This document shows positions 52,761-64,000 of a DNA stretch of 64,000 nucleotides, one piece after another. Each line of letters begins with the position of its first letter. The stretch's first letter is position 1. Under the pieces are notes generated by a model, which was given only the letters and a program-made list of their open reading frames with translations, was not told the origin of the DNA and did no database searches. Position numbers and translations under genes: made by a program. The DNA comes from Carcharhinus longimanus. Taxonomy: Eukaryota. The DNA lies in NCBI GenBank assembly GCA_030264375.1, contig JASCQW010000119.1, positions 8,606,137 to 8,670,136 of the forward strand, written 5' to 3'.

Positions 52761-54399
52761 TGTTGCAGGAAGTTTTTTTTGTAAATGGGAAATCAATGCT
52801 TGCCAACAGTTCGCTGCATGAAACGGCAGAACCACAAGTGCAGGGTATTTTGCAGATGGACTATAAATAGTGGCTAAACAGCGACAGTCAGATCTTCTCA
52901 ATTGTGCAGATGTCTTCCAAAATGAAACGGAGAGCAGAACGTTTGATTTTGAAATTCATTTATATCACGAGGCAGGTTGTCTTACCAGTATACATGGGAT
53001 TTCGCAATATTTACCCATTCAATTCAAACTGACTGAAGACTAGCTACATTGACTTTCAATCCCAAAAAAAGCCATGTATAATTTGCCATAAATTTGCAAA
53101 AAGATGCAAAAGAAACTCACAAACAGTCCACTATCTTTCTTCACTGGCAATTTATTTCAAATGCATTTCTTGGGGCAAAAGAATATTACACTCATACGCG
53201 TATCAGCACCGCAAAAGAGGCTCATCAGTCGTGTAAGAAAATGCATTTAATATTGTTTAAAGTCGGATGACTTTCATTGTAATTTCAGCAGGAGACAGCA
53301 ATTCAATATCACGTTCTGTCCAATGTGTTGCCTATAATTGCTTGAAATTCTACTTTTTCAGCTTTCAAGATTATTGTCTTCTTTTTTTGTGGAACAAATT
53401 TACGTATGTTTAACCTTATTATGTCTTGGGACTTTGTGCATGTATGTCAATAATATTTTGCATCATTATGTCACTTTTGTAGACTTGACATGGTTTATAA
53501 AGAGACTTTACATTTTCTATCATAGGAAATATACACATATTTGCAAAAACATGCCTGCCGTTGACTGCAAGTATTCTTTTTCAAATACTTGTTAAGATGC
53601 ATTTAGTCATTAATATTTACAACACACATTCATAAGAAGAGATACTCAAAACAAACAATATTAGAGGCTCATTCTGTGCTGTCACATCGATACAAATTTG
53701 GTGGTACAGTCGTCATATTACATATGCTGGGTTCGATGTGCGAATAGAATCAAGAGCCATAATAAAGCGTCGGTTTTCAGTGTACATTTTTTGGGTGCCT
53801 TCGCTCCCGAATTCCTGGATTGTACCGACATGGACGATAATTTTTGAATTAGCAGTGATTAGCATAATTTTTCATATATGAATTGAATTCATACCATGAA
53901 CAAAAAACATTGTATCTCCTTTTTTGTGAGTTGTGTGTTCAGATGAGAGCATTTGAAACATCACCACCTTTCTGTGCAATCTTGCCAATAATAAAAGAAA
54001 CATTTCCTCCGTATTTGATGACCGGGCCCTGCATGGCAGCTATTGGTTAGCTATTTTCCAATACTATTTCAGTATCAAATCTCTGTATTCTTCTTGGCAT
54101 TTTCTCGCGATCTAATCACGACCGTAAGGATAGAACTTCTCAGTTTTCTTTTCGAGCTGTCACTTCTTTTCTTTGTGAAATTATTTGTTCCCTGTTGCGC
54201 ATTTCATATAGTTGATATGATTTGACCAGTGGACAAGCTGTCCCTCTGCATCTCCAAATAGCCCAACAAAGAGAATATAAAATGTCCAAGCGCAGATTCC
54301 TAGGCCTGTACATGAACCGTCTGTTACTCGAATAAACATTTAAGAACTGTGGCGTGGATCTTCTAGCTATCCAAATGGCCTGTCATGTGGAGGGAACAA

Positions 54400-57310
54400 T
54401 AAATGAAACGTTCTTGTAGCGCCTTTGATTAACAAAGGGACAGCAAAGTTGCTAGAAGTTTATAAAAAAAATCCCTAGATTGTCAGCGGGACATTGCAGA
54501 GAAAATATGTGTGCAATTCGCAGAATGGTATAAAAATAATAAGATGACATTTTTATTAGGTGATTTCAACTATCCCAACATTAACTGGATTAACGAACAT
54601 ATTAAGGTCTTAGATGGAGGAGGTTTCGTAAAATGTATGCCGGAAAATGTATTAGATCAATAGCTAGATGATGCAACAAACATCGGAGCTGTGTTGGATC
54701 AAATTCTTGGGAATGAAGATGGGCAGGTGGTTACTTTGTTGGTGGTGGTGGTGGAGGGGGACATTTTGATTTTAGTGACCTCAACATGTTTCAATTCGAA
54801 TTTGTTATCGACAAATAAATTGTGAAGTTGCAGAAAAAAAAAATGTTTTGGGGAGAGCAGATTTTAAGGAAATTAGACCAGATCTGGCCAAGTTAAACAA
54901 GAACGAATTACTTGTGGTGATATCAAAGGACAGTGTCCCAAGTACAGTNNNNNNNNNNNNNNNNNGGACTTTTACAAAGATGAAATGTGGAAGATAAAAG
55001 CCCAACATATTCCCTTAGGATAATAGGACGTTCGAACAAATACAGAGATCCATGGAAGACCAGTGACATTCAGGACACAATTGTGTGAAAAACAGAGGCT
55101 GTTCAGAAGTATTAGGGATTGAAGTCTGCGGAGACATTAGTGAATGGAAGTGCAGGATATAACTTAGTAAATCAATTAGTAGAGCAAACGTGGAACTGAG
55201 AAATTCCTTACTGGTTAAAGTAAAGGAGATGTTAATGTATTTTGCAAGTATTTCAATGGGAAGAGGATAACCAAGGAACGAGTAGGGCACTTTGGGGATC
55301 CAGGGGGAAATCAGTGGGTGCAGCCAGAGTGCATTCGACGCGTGTTAAATGCATGTTTCACATCTGTCTTCACTCATGGGAATGGGGAGGGAATGTGAGG
55401 CTTTAGAGTAAACTGTCATCGGGCGTGACAAAGTACTGGAGGTATTGGTGGGCTGAAAAGTGGACACATCTCCAGATCAGGATTAATTGTGTCCCAGGCT
55501 GATGTGTGTGGAAAGTAAAGAAATTGCAAGGGCTCTGAACCAGTTTTTTTTTTAATTCTCTCTGATGAGTAGGTTGATGCGAGAGGAAAGGAAGAACATT
55601 TAATGTAGTTCCACTGTTTAAAAAAATTGAAGGAAAAAAAAAACACAGGGAACTACAGGCCAGCGAACCTCACGTCAGTGTTTGGGAAACCACTGGAGAA
55701 GGCTCTGAGGGGAGTATCTACCTCCATTCGGAATGAAAGTGTCGTCCAGGGATTGTCAGCATGGTTTTGTCAAAAATTGCTAACTTTTTTTTGAACTTGT
55801 AATCGACTGTGTGGATGAAGGCAGTGTGGCTGATGTAGTTTACATGGATTTCGTCAAATCCTTTGAAAAAGCCTCGAATGGGACAATTTTTTTAAGGAAA
55901 GCAAATTGCATGTCTTTGACACAAGAAAGGCTTACATTAACTCTGCGTTTATTTAGTGTGAAACTCACCTAGTCCACACAATCAGGCGATTGTTCTGGAC
56001 AGTGCATCAGCCAGCATATGTTTTTTTTTCAGAACGTGGGAGTAAACTGGAGCAAAAGGAGGAAACCCACGCAGAGACGGGGAAAATATGCAAACTCCAC
56101 ACAGATAGCGACTAAAGCCGGGAATTGATCCTGAGTCCCTGGAGCTGTGATGCAACAGTGTCAGTCACTGCGCCACTGTGCCGTCCACGAAAGCAAATGC
56201 AAAGGGGATACAGGCTGATATGATAAATTGGATTCATAACTGGCTTTGTGGTAAGAAGACAAAGGTTGGCGGCAGATTGCTGCTTTATTAAACAGTGACC
56301 AGAGGCGTGCCTCGGGGATCAATAGTTGGCTCCTTTGGTGCTTCATTTATATAAACGGCATAAACCGTTGTCTGAGGCGCTAGGTCAGTAAGTGTGCCGA
56401 TGGCTCAAAGCTTGGCCGGTTGGTTAGCAATAAGTTTGAATGTCTTGTTGTACACGGAAACATAGACGAAATGATCCAATGGTCAAATAAGTGGCAGATG
56501 GAAACTGACCGAATAAGATGTGAATCGGTGCACTTTGGACAGAGTATTTTGACAAGGCAACATACTATGATAGATCTGACACTAGGAAGTCCTGGAACAA
56601 ATAGACGTTGGCATGTTGTTCATGGAACTATGAAGGCGGGAAGGCAGATTAACATGGTAGTGTAAAATACATGTGACATTCACAACTTCATCAACTGGAG
56701 TACAGGCCACAAAGACAGAGACGTCATGGTAGAGCTGCACAGAGCTCTGATGAGGCGCCAACTAGAGCATTTTGTGCAGTTCTGTTCGCCACATAACAGG
56801 AAGGACATGAAATCAGTGGAGAAGGTGCAGAAGAGATTCATAGGGTTGTCTGGGACAGAAGTTTTCCGTCATGCTGATAGTTTGGAGAGGCTTGATTTTT
56901 TTGTTGGCAGGAGTAGAGAATATAGAGGGGCGACCTGATTGAAGTGTTTAAGATTTTGAGAGGCAAAAGCAGCGTGAATAGAATGCAATTGTTCCCTTTA
57001 GTTGGAGCCTCCGTTTCGAGAGTTAAATGAGTGGGGTCGGAGATTTAAAGGGAATTTCAATAAAATCTATCGTCTCAGAGTGAGGCGATCGCCTGTAATG
57101 GATTGTCAGGGAGGCGGATGGAGGCGTGATGTGTACATTATTTCAAAAGTATCTGGATGATTAAGTGCGCGCCATAATATTCATGGGTTTGGGCCTAGTG
57201 TTGGCAAGTGGGATCACGTGGGCAGGTCAGGGAATTCGGGCACCTTCGCAGACTCGATCGTTAAAGGTTTTTTTTTGCATTGTATTGTATTGTACTTCTG
57301 CGATTCTGTG
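54400..57310 (+). mobile_element. Decayed CR1 LINE ORF2 and 3' UTR
   Basis: ggtgatttcaactatccc (GDFNYP) ~54560; aactacaggccagcgaacctcacgtcagtg (NYRP..LTSV) ~55650; gatgtagtttacatggatttc (DVVYMDF) ~55832; ORF 56726-56938. Confidence 0.93.
55907..56188 (-). mobile_element. SINE inserted into CR1, with target-site duplication
   Basis: gaaagcaaat at 55897-55906 and 56189-56198 flank the SINE body (gaggaaacccacgcagagacggggaaaa). Confidence 0.88.
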
Positions 57311-57467
57311 ATTCGAGTGGGATTTCTTTGTTTTATCCTGAATCACCCAGGAAAAGGAGACATGGGTTCAATCGCTGCATGTGAATGCTATCTGACTTTT
57401 GATCCATACATTTTTTTTCTGTCTAATTAATTTCTTATGTAACCGTCCCTTTGCCATTTTATTTTCA

Positions 57468-58470
57468 GTAAGAAGTCTCACAACACCAGTGTAAATTCCA
57501 ACGGGTTAATTTGTTAGCACGAGCTTCGGGAGAGCTGTCCCTTCATCAGTTGAGTGTCGAGTACAGATCACAAAGAGGGCATATTTGACACATACTCAAT
57601 TACAAGATGATGGTTGGGATGCTAATCTTCATAGCGAAACAAGTGTTTACATTTGCAGACAAAGCGAGTGGAGAGAGGGTTAAGCACAGCTTAAAGATGT
57701 TTATATTATCTCAAGCCAGGAGAGTGAGTAAGATTTTTCAATCCGAGGCAACTCGTGGGGGTTATAAGTCGTGTGACATGAACCCAAGATACCGGTTGAG
57801 GCCGTCTTCCTGCGTGCAGAAACTGGCTATCAGTTTCTGCATGGCGATTTTGCTTTGTCATGTACCTTGACGACCGCCTTGCCGCACGCTTACTGGAAGC
57901 TCAGATGACGTATGCCCTAGGTTGTGAAAGTGTTCTGCGGCAGAAAGGGAGTACTCCTGCCTGAAGAACACTTCTGCCTGGTGAATACTTTAACGTCGAG
58001 GACAATCAGCCTCTGATGTTCGGGCAAGTGTTCTCCAAAACACACAACAACATAGAATCGCCAAACAGAAACTGGTAGACAAGTTTCGCATAGAGGACGA
58101 CGGCCTCAAATGTATCTTCGGTACACGCTACACTATCTGTAACCCCGAGGACTTTGCCGCGGTTTGCAAAATCTTACGAACAGTCCTGACTTGAGACAAT
58201 TCATATCTCTTTATCGTGTGTTTAACCTCTCCACGAGCATTGTCTGCACCTGTAAAGAGTTGAGTGTTGTCAAGACTCGCATTCCCGCCATTATCTTGGA
58301 ACTGAGCCTCTGTCGAAAGATTCCTTATTTGAGAACAAACATCTCTATTCACCTGACGAAGGGGCAGCGTTACGAAAGCTCATGCTACAAAAAAAAATGT
58401 TGGACTTTAACTAGTGGTGTGAGAATTCTTACTGTGCCTACCCCAGTCCAACGCCGGTATCGGCACACCA
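57468..58470 (-). mobile_element. Penelope-like element with inverted terminal repeats
   Basis: 57468-57556 (gtaagaagtctcacaacaccag...cccttcatcag) is the approximate reverse complement of 58347-58433 (ctgacgaagggg...ggtgtgagaattcttac); decayed GIY-YIG ~57830-57900. Confidence 0.85.
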
Positions 58471-59027
58471 TTTTATTTTGTTCATATGAAAGTGTTTTTT
58501 CGTGTTGATTTTCATTTTATCTGTTTTTCTCTGCATGTGTATTAACATATAATTCGAGAAATATATTACTGTGCATATTTACACATTTCTTTGCTCGTCT
58601 ATTGGTCCATCGGTTTTACCACTGTTAATCTGTATTTCAGCTCCAAACATATGCCGGCAGGCGGCATTGTCCGTTCTGTTTTGTCCGTCCATATTCTAAG
58701 TTTCAAAAAAAAAGGATCTTGGAATGAGAGAGGAATTGTGCAGTTGCAGGAGGAAAAAAAAGTGCTTAGAGAAAAGAAGTTGAAAGCTATAACAAATGGT
58801 TATTTTCCAAATGTGTAGAACCATTATGGCAGATTTCCCTCTGGTTGTGGACATTTTACGTTATCGTACTATGATGCTCAGAGCAACACCTCGAGTTTAA
58901 CAAAACTTACAATAATGTAAAATGCCAATACTATTTATCAATTTGCAACTGAATTGCAAGAGCGAAATTTGATTAGCGGTGGTTTAGGAACAGTGGACGT
59001 CGCAGAGATATTTGTAAGTTATTAAAG

Positions 59028-59054
59028 ACATTGGGAAAGCTCTAAACAACCTGA
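59028..59054 (+). CDS. 27-nt micro-exon candidate, DIGKALNNL
   Basis: gttattaaag|ACATTGGGAAAGCTCTAAACAACCTGA|gtaaat; weak polypyrimidine tract. Confidence 0.55.
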
Positions 59055-61305
59055 GTAAATACCTGGAATCTGGCGCTTATATGATTTAGTACTCTAAACA
59101 TTTCAGAAGATGTTAATATTTCTGGAAGAAAGTACTTGTAATAATGTAGCTTGCCATTGAGGAATTGAACGACAGTTCAAGAAGGTTATGTTAAACTTGG
59201 AAAAGCAAGTGGTTCTGCCTTCCCTCGAATGTTGTGCACGGTGCTGGGAGAAATACTTTTGAAATGATGTGTACCCATGTGGGAGAGTGTCTTGGAGGTT
59301 CAGCCGCATGAATGCAAGGATAAGGAACTAACGTTTTAAAAGAACAATTGTAGCAGTTGTAATTGTTTCCATTAGAGAAGAACAAAAAAAAAAGGATTAG
59401 AGATTGATGGAATAGTCAATCGCCGGAATGTCACAGCTCTGCATACCACGAACTGAATCGTGTGGATTAAAAATAATTGACAGAAAATGCACAGATGATT
59501 TGGCCAACCATATGTATTAACACCAAGGAACTTTGGAATCTGGAATGGACACATTTGTCGTTGTTGGAGGTTGTTCATCCCAACAATTGAAGCTCCAACT
59601 GCATTGCAATTTCAAAATAAATCATGTGCTAGGCTCTGTTAAAAAGGAAGAGGCAGAAAATCAGAAATCCAAGAGTGGCTCGATGAGCGGAATACCACCT
59701 TTTGTTCCATGATAATTTTACTACTTTCATCAATCTTTGATTCAAACTTTACTACCAATATTGACAACAGCCACTGTGAGTTCAACCTTTTATTTCACTG
59801 TACACAAGAAGTAGCCTCTCAACTGTCCTTCAGCAATCTTCCGAGAGGAAATGTATTCCCGTGATAATCACCCATGTCCACAGAAATAAGTGCTCATATC
59901 CGTGGAATCCCCAAACAATATAATATTCTTTATCTTTGTTTTTTTTCTGCCTGCTGTTGCAAGCAACACATTTCAGAGTATGGTTTAATATGCCTCTCGT
60001 TTCATTTCATATATGATTAATTTACAACTGAACATAAGAGAGAACTGCATCACACCAAATATCTCCCTTTCCTTTGTGCATGGCTACCACCAAAGGCGTC
60101 CGTATCTGAATAGTACTAAATACCGAATTAAGCTTGTCCACAAATTAGTGATCCAAGTGATTGTACCTCCATGACGGAAGTTGTGAGATGCTGGTGCTTC
60201 AACCTTCCCAGATAACATCAACTCTGGTTGCTGTTGTTCACGTCACACTGTTTAATTGCACACTTTTCGAGATACCGATCTGCCACGCGAGGAATAGCTT
60301 TGCTAAACCTTTTGTTTGACAATCCGAGATGTCAATAATGTACGCATTTACATTATTTCTGTGCTGAAATCTTTTTGTCATGCTAATTTGCTGCCGTTAA
60401 CATCAATGTTAAATTTGCACATATTCCAGTGCAACTCATCTAATTGCGAGAAATGTCCAGTGCTGATACACGTTATTAATTAAACTTCAAAATATTTCTT
60501 AATAATCAATTGGTGGCTTATTCCAATGATGTGCTACGTCGTGCATTATGCATTTCAAGTTCCAGTACTTCATTATTATAGCTCGTTTTTCCGAAAATAA
60601 TAAAAAAAATCAAGTAATCTACTCAGCCATGTGATAATATTGCCTGACTTCCCGTCGTCCGTATTTAATTTTCCTGCCTTGCACTCTGATCCGGATCGAG
60701 CCAGTCTGTACCCTGTTCACTCCGTTGAAATCATTGTTCCGTGATTACTTCACGATGAGGTGTGATTGACTTTACTCTGGAACTTTTTGAAATAACACCT
60801 CTGTGCAAACCTTCCCTGCCATAAAAAAGACAAATTAAAGAAAAAATCTGAATAATCGCTCGGACGTAAGTAGCATGATGCCAGCAATGGAAATACTTGT
60901 TTCATCGGACTCTTTTTTTTTCAGAACGATGCCACTGTTGCAGCTATTGATTCATAAGCATATACAAACGTTTCCCCATCTATTGTTCAATTGTCAGTGC
61001 GTTGATGTCCATCCTCGCCTTCCATGTCGTAAAAGTAAATGAGATAACGATATAATAAGTTGACTGTTCGTATTTTCCTTCGATTGGTACTTCTTTCGTA
61101 GCTCTGATTTTTTTTTTTCAACGAACTGCCAAATTCACCATGTATTTGCGAACAACACGGCTGTCTCACAACTTGGACATTGTACAATGGCGATGTATGT
61201 TGGAACTTGTGAGAGTATCAATGATGAATTACTGCAGATGCGTTATGCAGAACAGGAGAACGTACATGGCATTTTTTTTCGTAATAATTGATATCTGTTT
61301 TACAG

Positions 61306-61341
61306 AAATTCGTAAATTAAAGGAAGCGTTGGAGAACAAAT
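61306..61341 (+). CDS. 36-nt micro-exon, (K/E)IRKLKEALENK
   Basis: atctgttttacag|AAATTCGTAAATTAAAGGAAGCGTTGGAGAACAAAT|gtaagg. Confidence 0.9.
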
Positions 61342-63269
61342 GTAAGGACAATCATAAGGCTGGTCCAACTTATGGCATGCACAATTACTGTTCAAAATTG
61401 CAAAATTGAACGAATGCCACATCTAGCAATCAGAAGAATGCAGGAACATTACGTAAAATAACTCTAGCTAAGGCAGACTGAGCAAATTGTATCCGGTTCA
61501 TTTAAAAAAATTCTAAATCTGTGACGAACAGTAACTATCCGTATTTGCATGCTGTCCAAGTATCACTAAAATTCATTAGCTCCTTATCTGAAATCTATTT
61601 GCAAGACAGTGAACATAATAGTCAAATGTAATAAACTCTGGTTGGATGCAACGTATTTCATCAAGGAAATAGTGGAGGAATGAGAAAATAACTTCAGAAG
61701 TTAGTAGTGCAAATCCGCCTCATTGAAGAAGCCCTACTATGCCATTTTTTTTTCAATAGAACTGTAGAAGCTGAGTTGGGAAGGAGCACAGACTTATTTG
61801 GATAACAAGGAATGCTGAACATTAGCACAAAATGATCGCTGCATCATTGCATAGGAATAGGCTGCAATACATACGCGAGAGATATTAACCTACTGTAGTC
61901 TTCACTTCAGCTTAACAAACAAACTTCTATTCATATGTATTTATTGACTAAGAATTCAAGTATTGTTATGTTAAATATGTCTGTTCTAAGATGGAAGTGT
62001 AGCAAAGACTGGTGATGGAAACACTCAAGAATCCCTGATGATTTTGTGCAAACTTTCCCCCGATTTATTTCAAAATGAACTTTTGCTTGTGTTGTGCATA
62101 CAAAAATTCCTTTACCCAAAATAGAAACATCATCGCCTTTGTGACGAGTTTGGCAGACGCATTTCAAGTGTAGTCCCAATAAATATTTGCCCCACTCCTT
62201 TGCTCTTCCAAACATCTAAAATGTCAGTTGCATTTGTTTTTATTCATTCCCTTTCATCAAATTGCAACACAGTCTCTCTTAATTATAACATTTGCACGTT
62301 TCATGGTTGATAAGATGTATATTGTCTTTATAAACTTAGGATCGCAATTATGGACTTCATAAATCCAAATATTACCTTATGGTGCCAACATTTTTGTTCA
62401 TACATGAAAGTACTCATTTTTTTGTTCGTTTATTTTTATTGTCCAGGTATCTCTTGTTATCAAATAACTGCAATTATATTTACAGTCATGAATATACAGT
62501 AAAAAAAAACTTTTCGCCTGTCATGAATATACGGTGTAAAAAAATGTGACCCTGTCACTAATACTTAAGACACATCATTTGCTGATAGCTGCCAACTTGA
62601 AAGTTAAACATTTTCCCTCAGACATTCTTCGTGGTCTAAAACATCAGTTTTCCCGTGTTGCTGGAGCCAACAAATTCCATGAACATGCACGTAAGATATT
62701 GTTCACTCTGTGTTATCTCATTGATCGTGACTTGGAAATCAGAATTTGGTGCCGATTTTCCTTCCCTTTAAACTGGATCTGGAGTACATTTTTTGAAAGA
62801 AAATTACATGGTGCACACAGTTGTGTATCCATAAAAGCATGTTGAAATTATTGGATCACATTGGGAATTTGAAAGACAATTATATAATTTATTCGATTAA
62901 ATATTTTCGAATGTTGTGTACCCGGCTCAAAGACAAGACGTTTTTTTTTCTGCTGAGTTTTCCTCGCACGTTTTAGCGAAAGTGTTTAGATTGTTTTCCA
63001 CGAGTCCAGGTGAACATATTATGCACGGAAGCTTGCTGGACACGCGAGATTTTGGTGGGTTGAAATTTTGCTGCTACTGAATACATGTATGACTTATATT
63101 AAGAGTTATTGTGTTACATTTGCATAACCTTAATGGAACGAATCTGTACTACTTCGTAGCAGCCATAAATCCGGTTTCGATCGGATATTCTCGCCCTCCA
63201 GTTCTTGCGGGGGGTTTCTGATGTGGTTTATTTACTATTATCGTTTTTTTTAATATTCATTCGTGGAAA

Positions 63270-63450
63270 ATGGGTTTCGCTGGTTTGCCATCATTTATTC
63301 CCCGACCCTATTACGTTGCTGTGGGTCTGGAGTCACATGCACTCCAGGCTAGGTAAGGACGGCAGATTTCCTTGCCCAGATGACATTAGTGAAACGGTTG
63401 TTCTCTTTCGAGAGTCGGCAATGGTTGCGTGGTCATTAGTAGATCATGTG
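63270..63450 (-). mobile_element. LINE-type 3' UTR repeat fragment
   Basis: ggtctggagtcacatg...ggtaaggacggcagatttcctt is the reverse complement of the family at 28990-29100. Confidence 0.7.
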
Positions 63451-63876
63451 TTCCAGATAAGTGTGTGTGTGAGAGAGAGATCGAACTCCAATCTTATAAA
63501 GTATTCAGAGTTATCGCCCATAAAATTATTTTTTCACGTTCAACTTAACCAATTTGGATGACTCTTCCTTCACCGTGAGGTCATCAACCATCGTATTTCT
63601 GTCAAGTTGTGGGCATCCTGCAGTAGCAGCTCTGTGCACCATGCAATCTGAAAGGGCAAATTGCAGCATTTTCAATATACGTTTTGACACACATCACTGT
63701 CAAATAATTGTTCAGTGAATGTTTCATGAAAAAAAAAAGGCTACAAAGATCCAATAACGATCGGACAGAACACATCAAATTGTATGTTTGAAGTATACCT
63801 TTCAAAAACAAAACAATTTATTTATTTATTGATTGATTATTTCCAGTAATTGGACGCTTATTTCTCGCTCAATTAG

Positions 63877-63885
63877 GTAAATCTG
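63877..63885 (+). CDS. 9-nt micro-exon candidate, CKS (positional paralog of the 36881 exon)
   Basis: tttctcgctcaattag|GTAAATCTG|gtaagt; flanks resemble those of the 36881 exon; an alternative acceptor (ttccag, exon start 63847) is also possible. Confidence 0.4.
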
Positions 63886-64000
63886 GTAAGTAAATGGTGG
63901 TGAGTAGAATGCAACATCCGTCCTGCTGTCGTGGCTCTACAGATAAGAGCACAATTCCACACAGGAATCCTTTGCTGTCCAGTTACGAGTACAAATCTTC

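Larger units (their letters stand above)
5140..63885 (+). other. Internal part of a multi-exon gene built from symmetric 27/36-nt micro-exons; predicted coiled-coil repeat protein (butyrophilin/BG-tail-like architecture, identity unknown)
   Basis: 19 AG...GT(GC)-bounded segments of exactly 27 or 36 nt, all open in phase 1, join to xEKLRTCGD-DQRTKDTKA-ELKGLKEGGAKK-ENELTRCEK-RDDFDNKYK-ELENLVEKL-(T/A)SLLLPKEK-ENRKLKKALENK-CPGKFFDSY-DKELKSREK-ELNDTKNTLKET-ALSKRCKSD-DERLLDAQD-EISKLKNNLKDK-DEESQRACE-KIEDLLENT-ASKLLAKEK-DIGKALNNL-KIRKLKEALENK; exons are mutually paralogous; no start or terminal exon identified. Confidence 0.85.

Noticed and set aside
58772-58798. 27-nt EKKLKAITN
   Set aside because: Composition fits, but both splice sites are weak.
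5140-63885. Assigning a gene symbol (BTN, BG, TRIM, BST2)
   Set aside because: No Ig, TM, B30.2, RING or lectin exon seen in the window; the similarity is architectural only.

Overview
Non-bacterial DNA: a repeat-rich vertebrate genomic window whose repeat complement (CR1 LINEs, Rex1/Babar-like LINEs, RTE, Penelope elements, HE1-like tRNA-derived SINEs) points to a shark or other cartilaginous fish (inference). None of the supplied ORFs is a credible gene; they are decayed retroelement fragments or chance ORFs. Reading splice signals directly reveals a + strand gene the ORF track cannot show: 19 symmetric phase-1 micro-exon candidates (14 of 27 nt, 5 of 36 nt; 558 nt) spread over ~56 kb, plus a 26-nt and a 9-nt candidate. 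They recur mostly as 27-27-36 triplets and splice into one stop-free, charged, heptad-rich peptide with roughly one Cys per ~30-aa unit. The start and end of the gene lie outside the window. The closest known architecture is the heptad micro-exon tail of butyrophilin/BG-type genes, but the identity is not established. Other notable points: a GC-AG donor, stop-containing exon candidates, a CpG-poor ~7.6 kb block with younger repeats inside one intron, and hammerhead-ribozyme remnants in a Penelope element. All calls are by eye; repeat boundaries are approximate.
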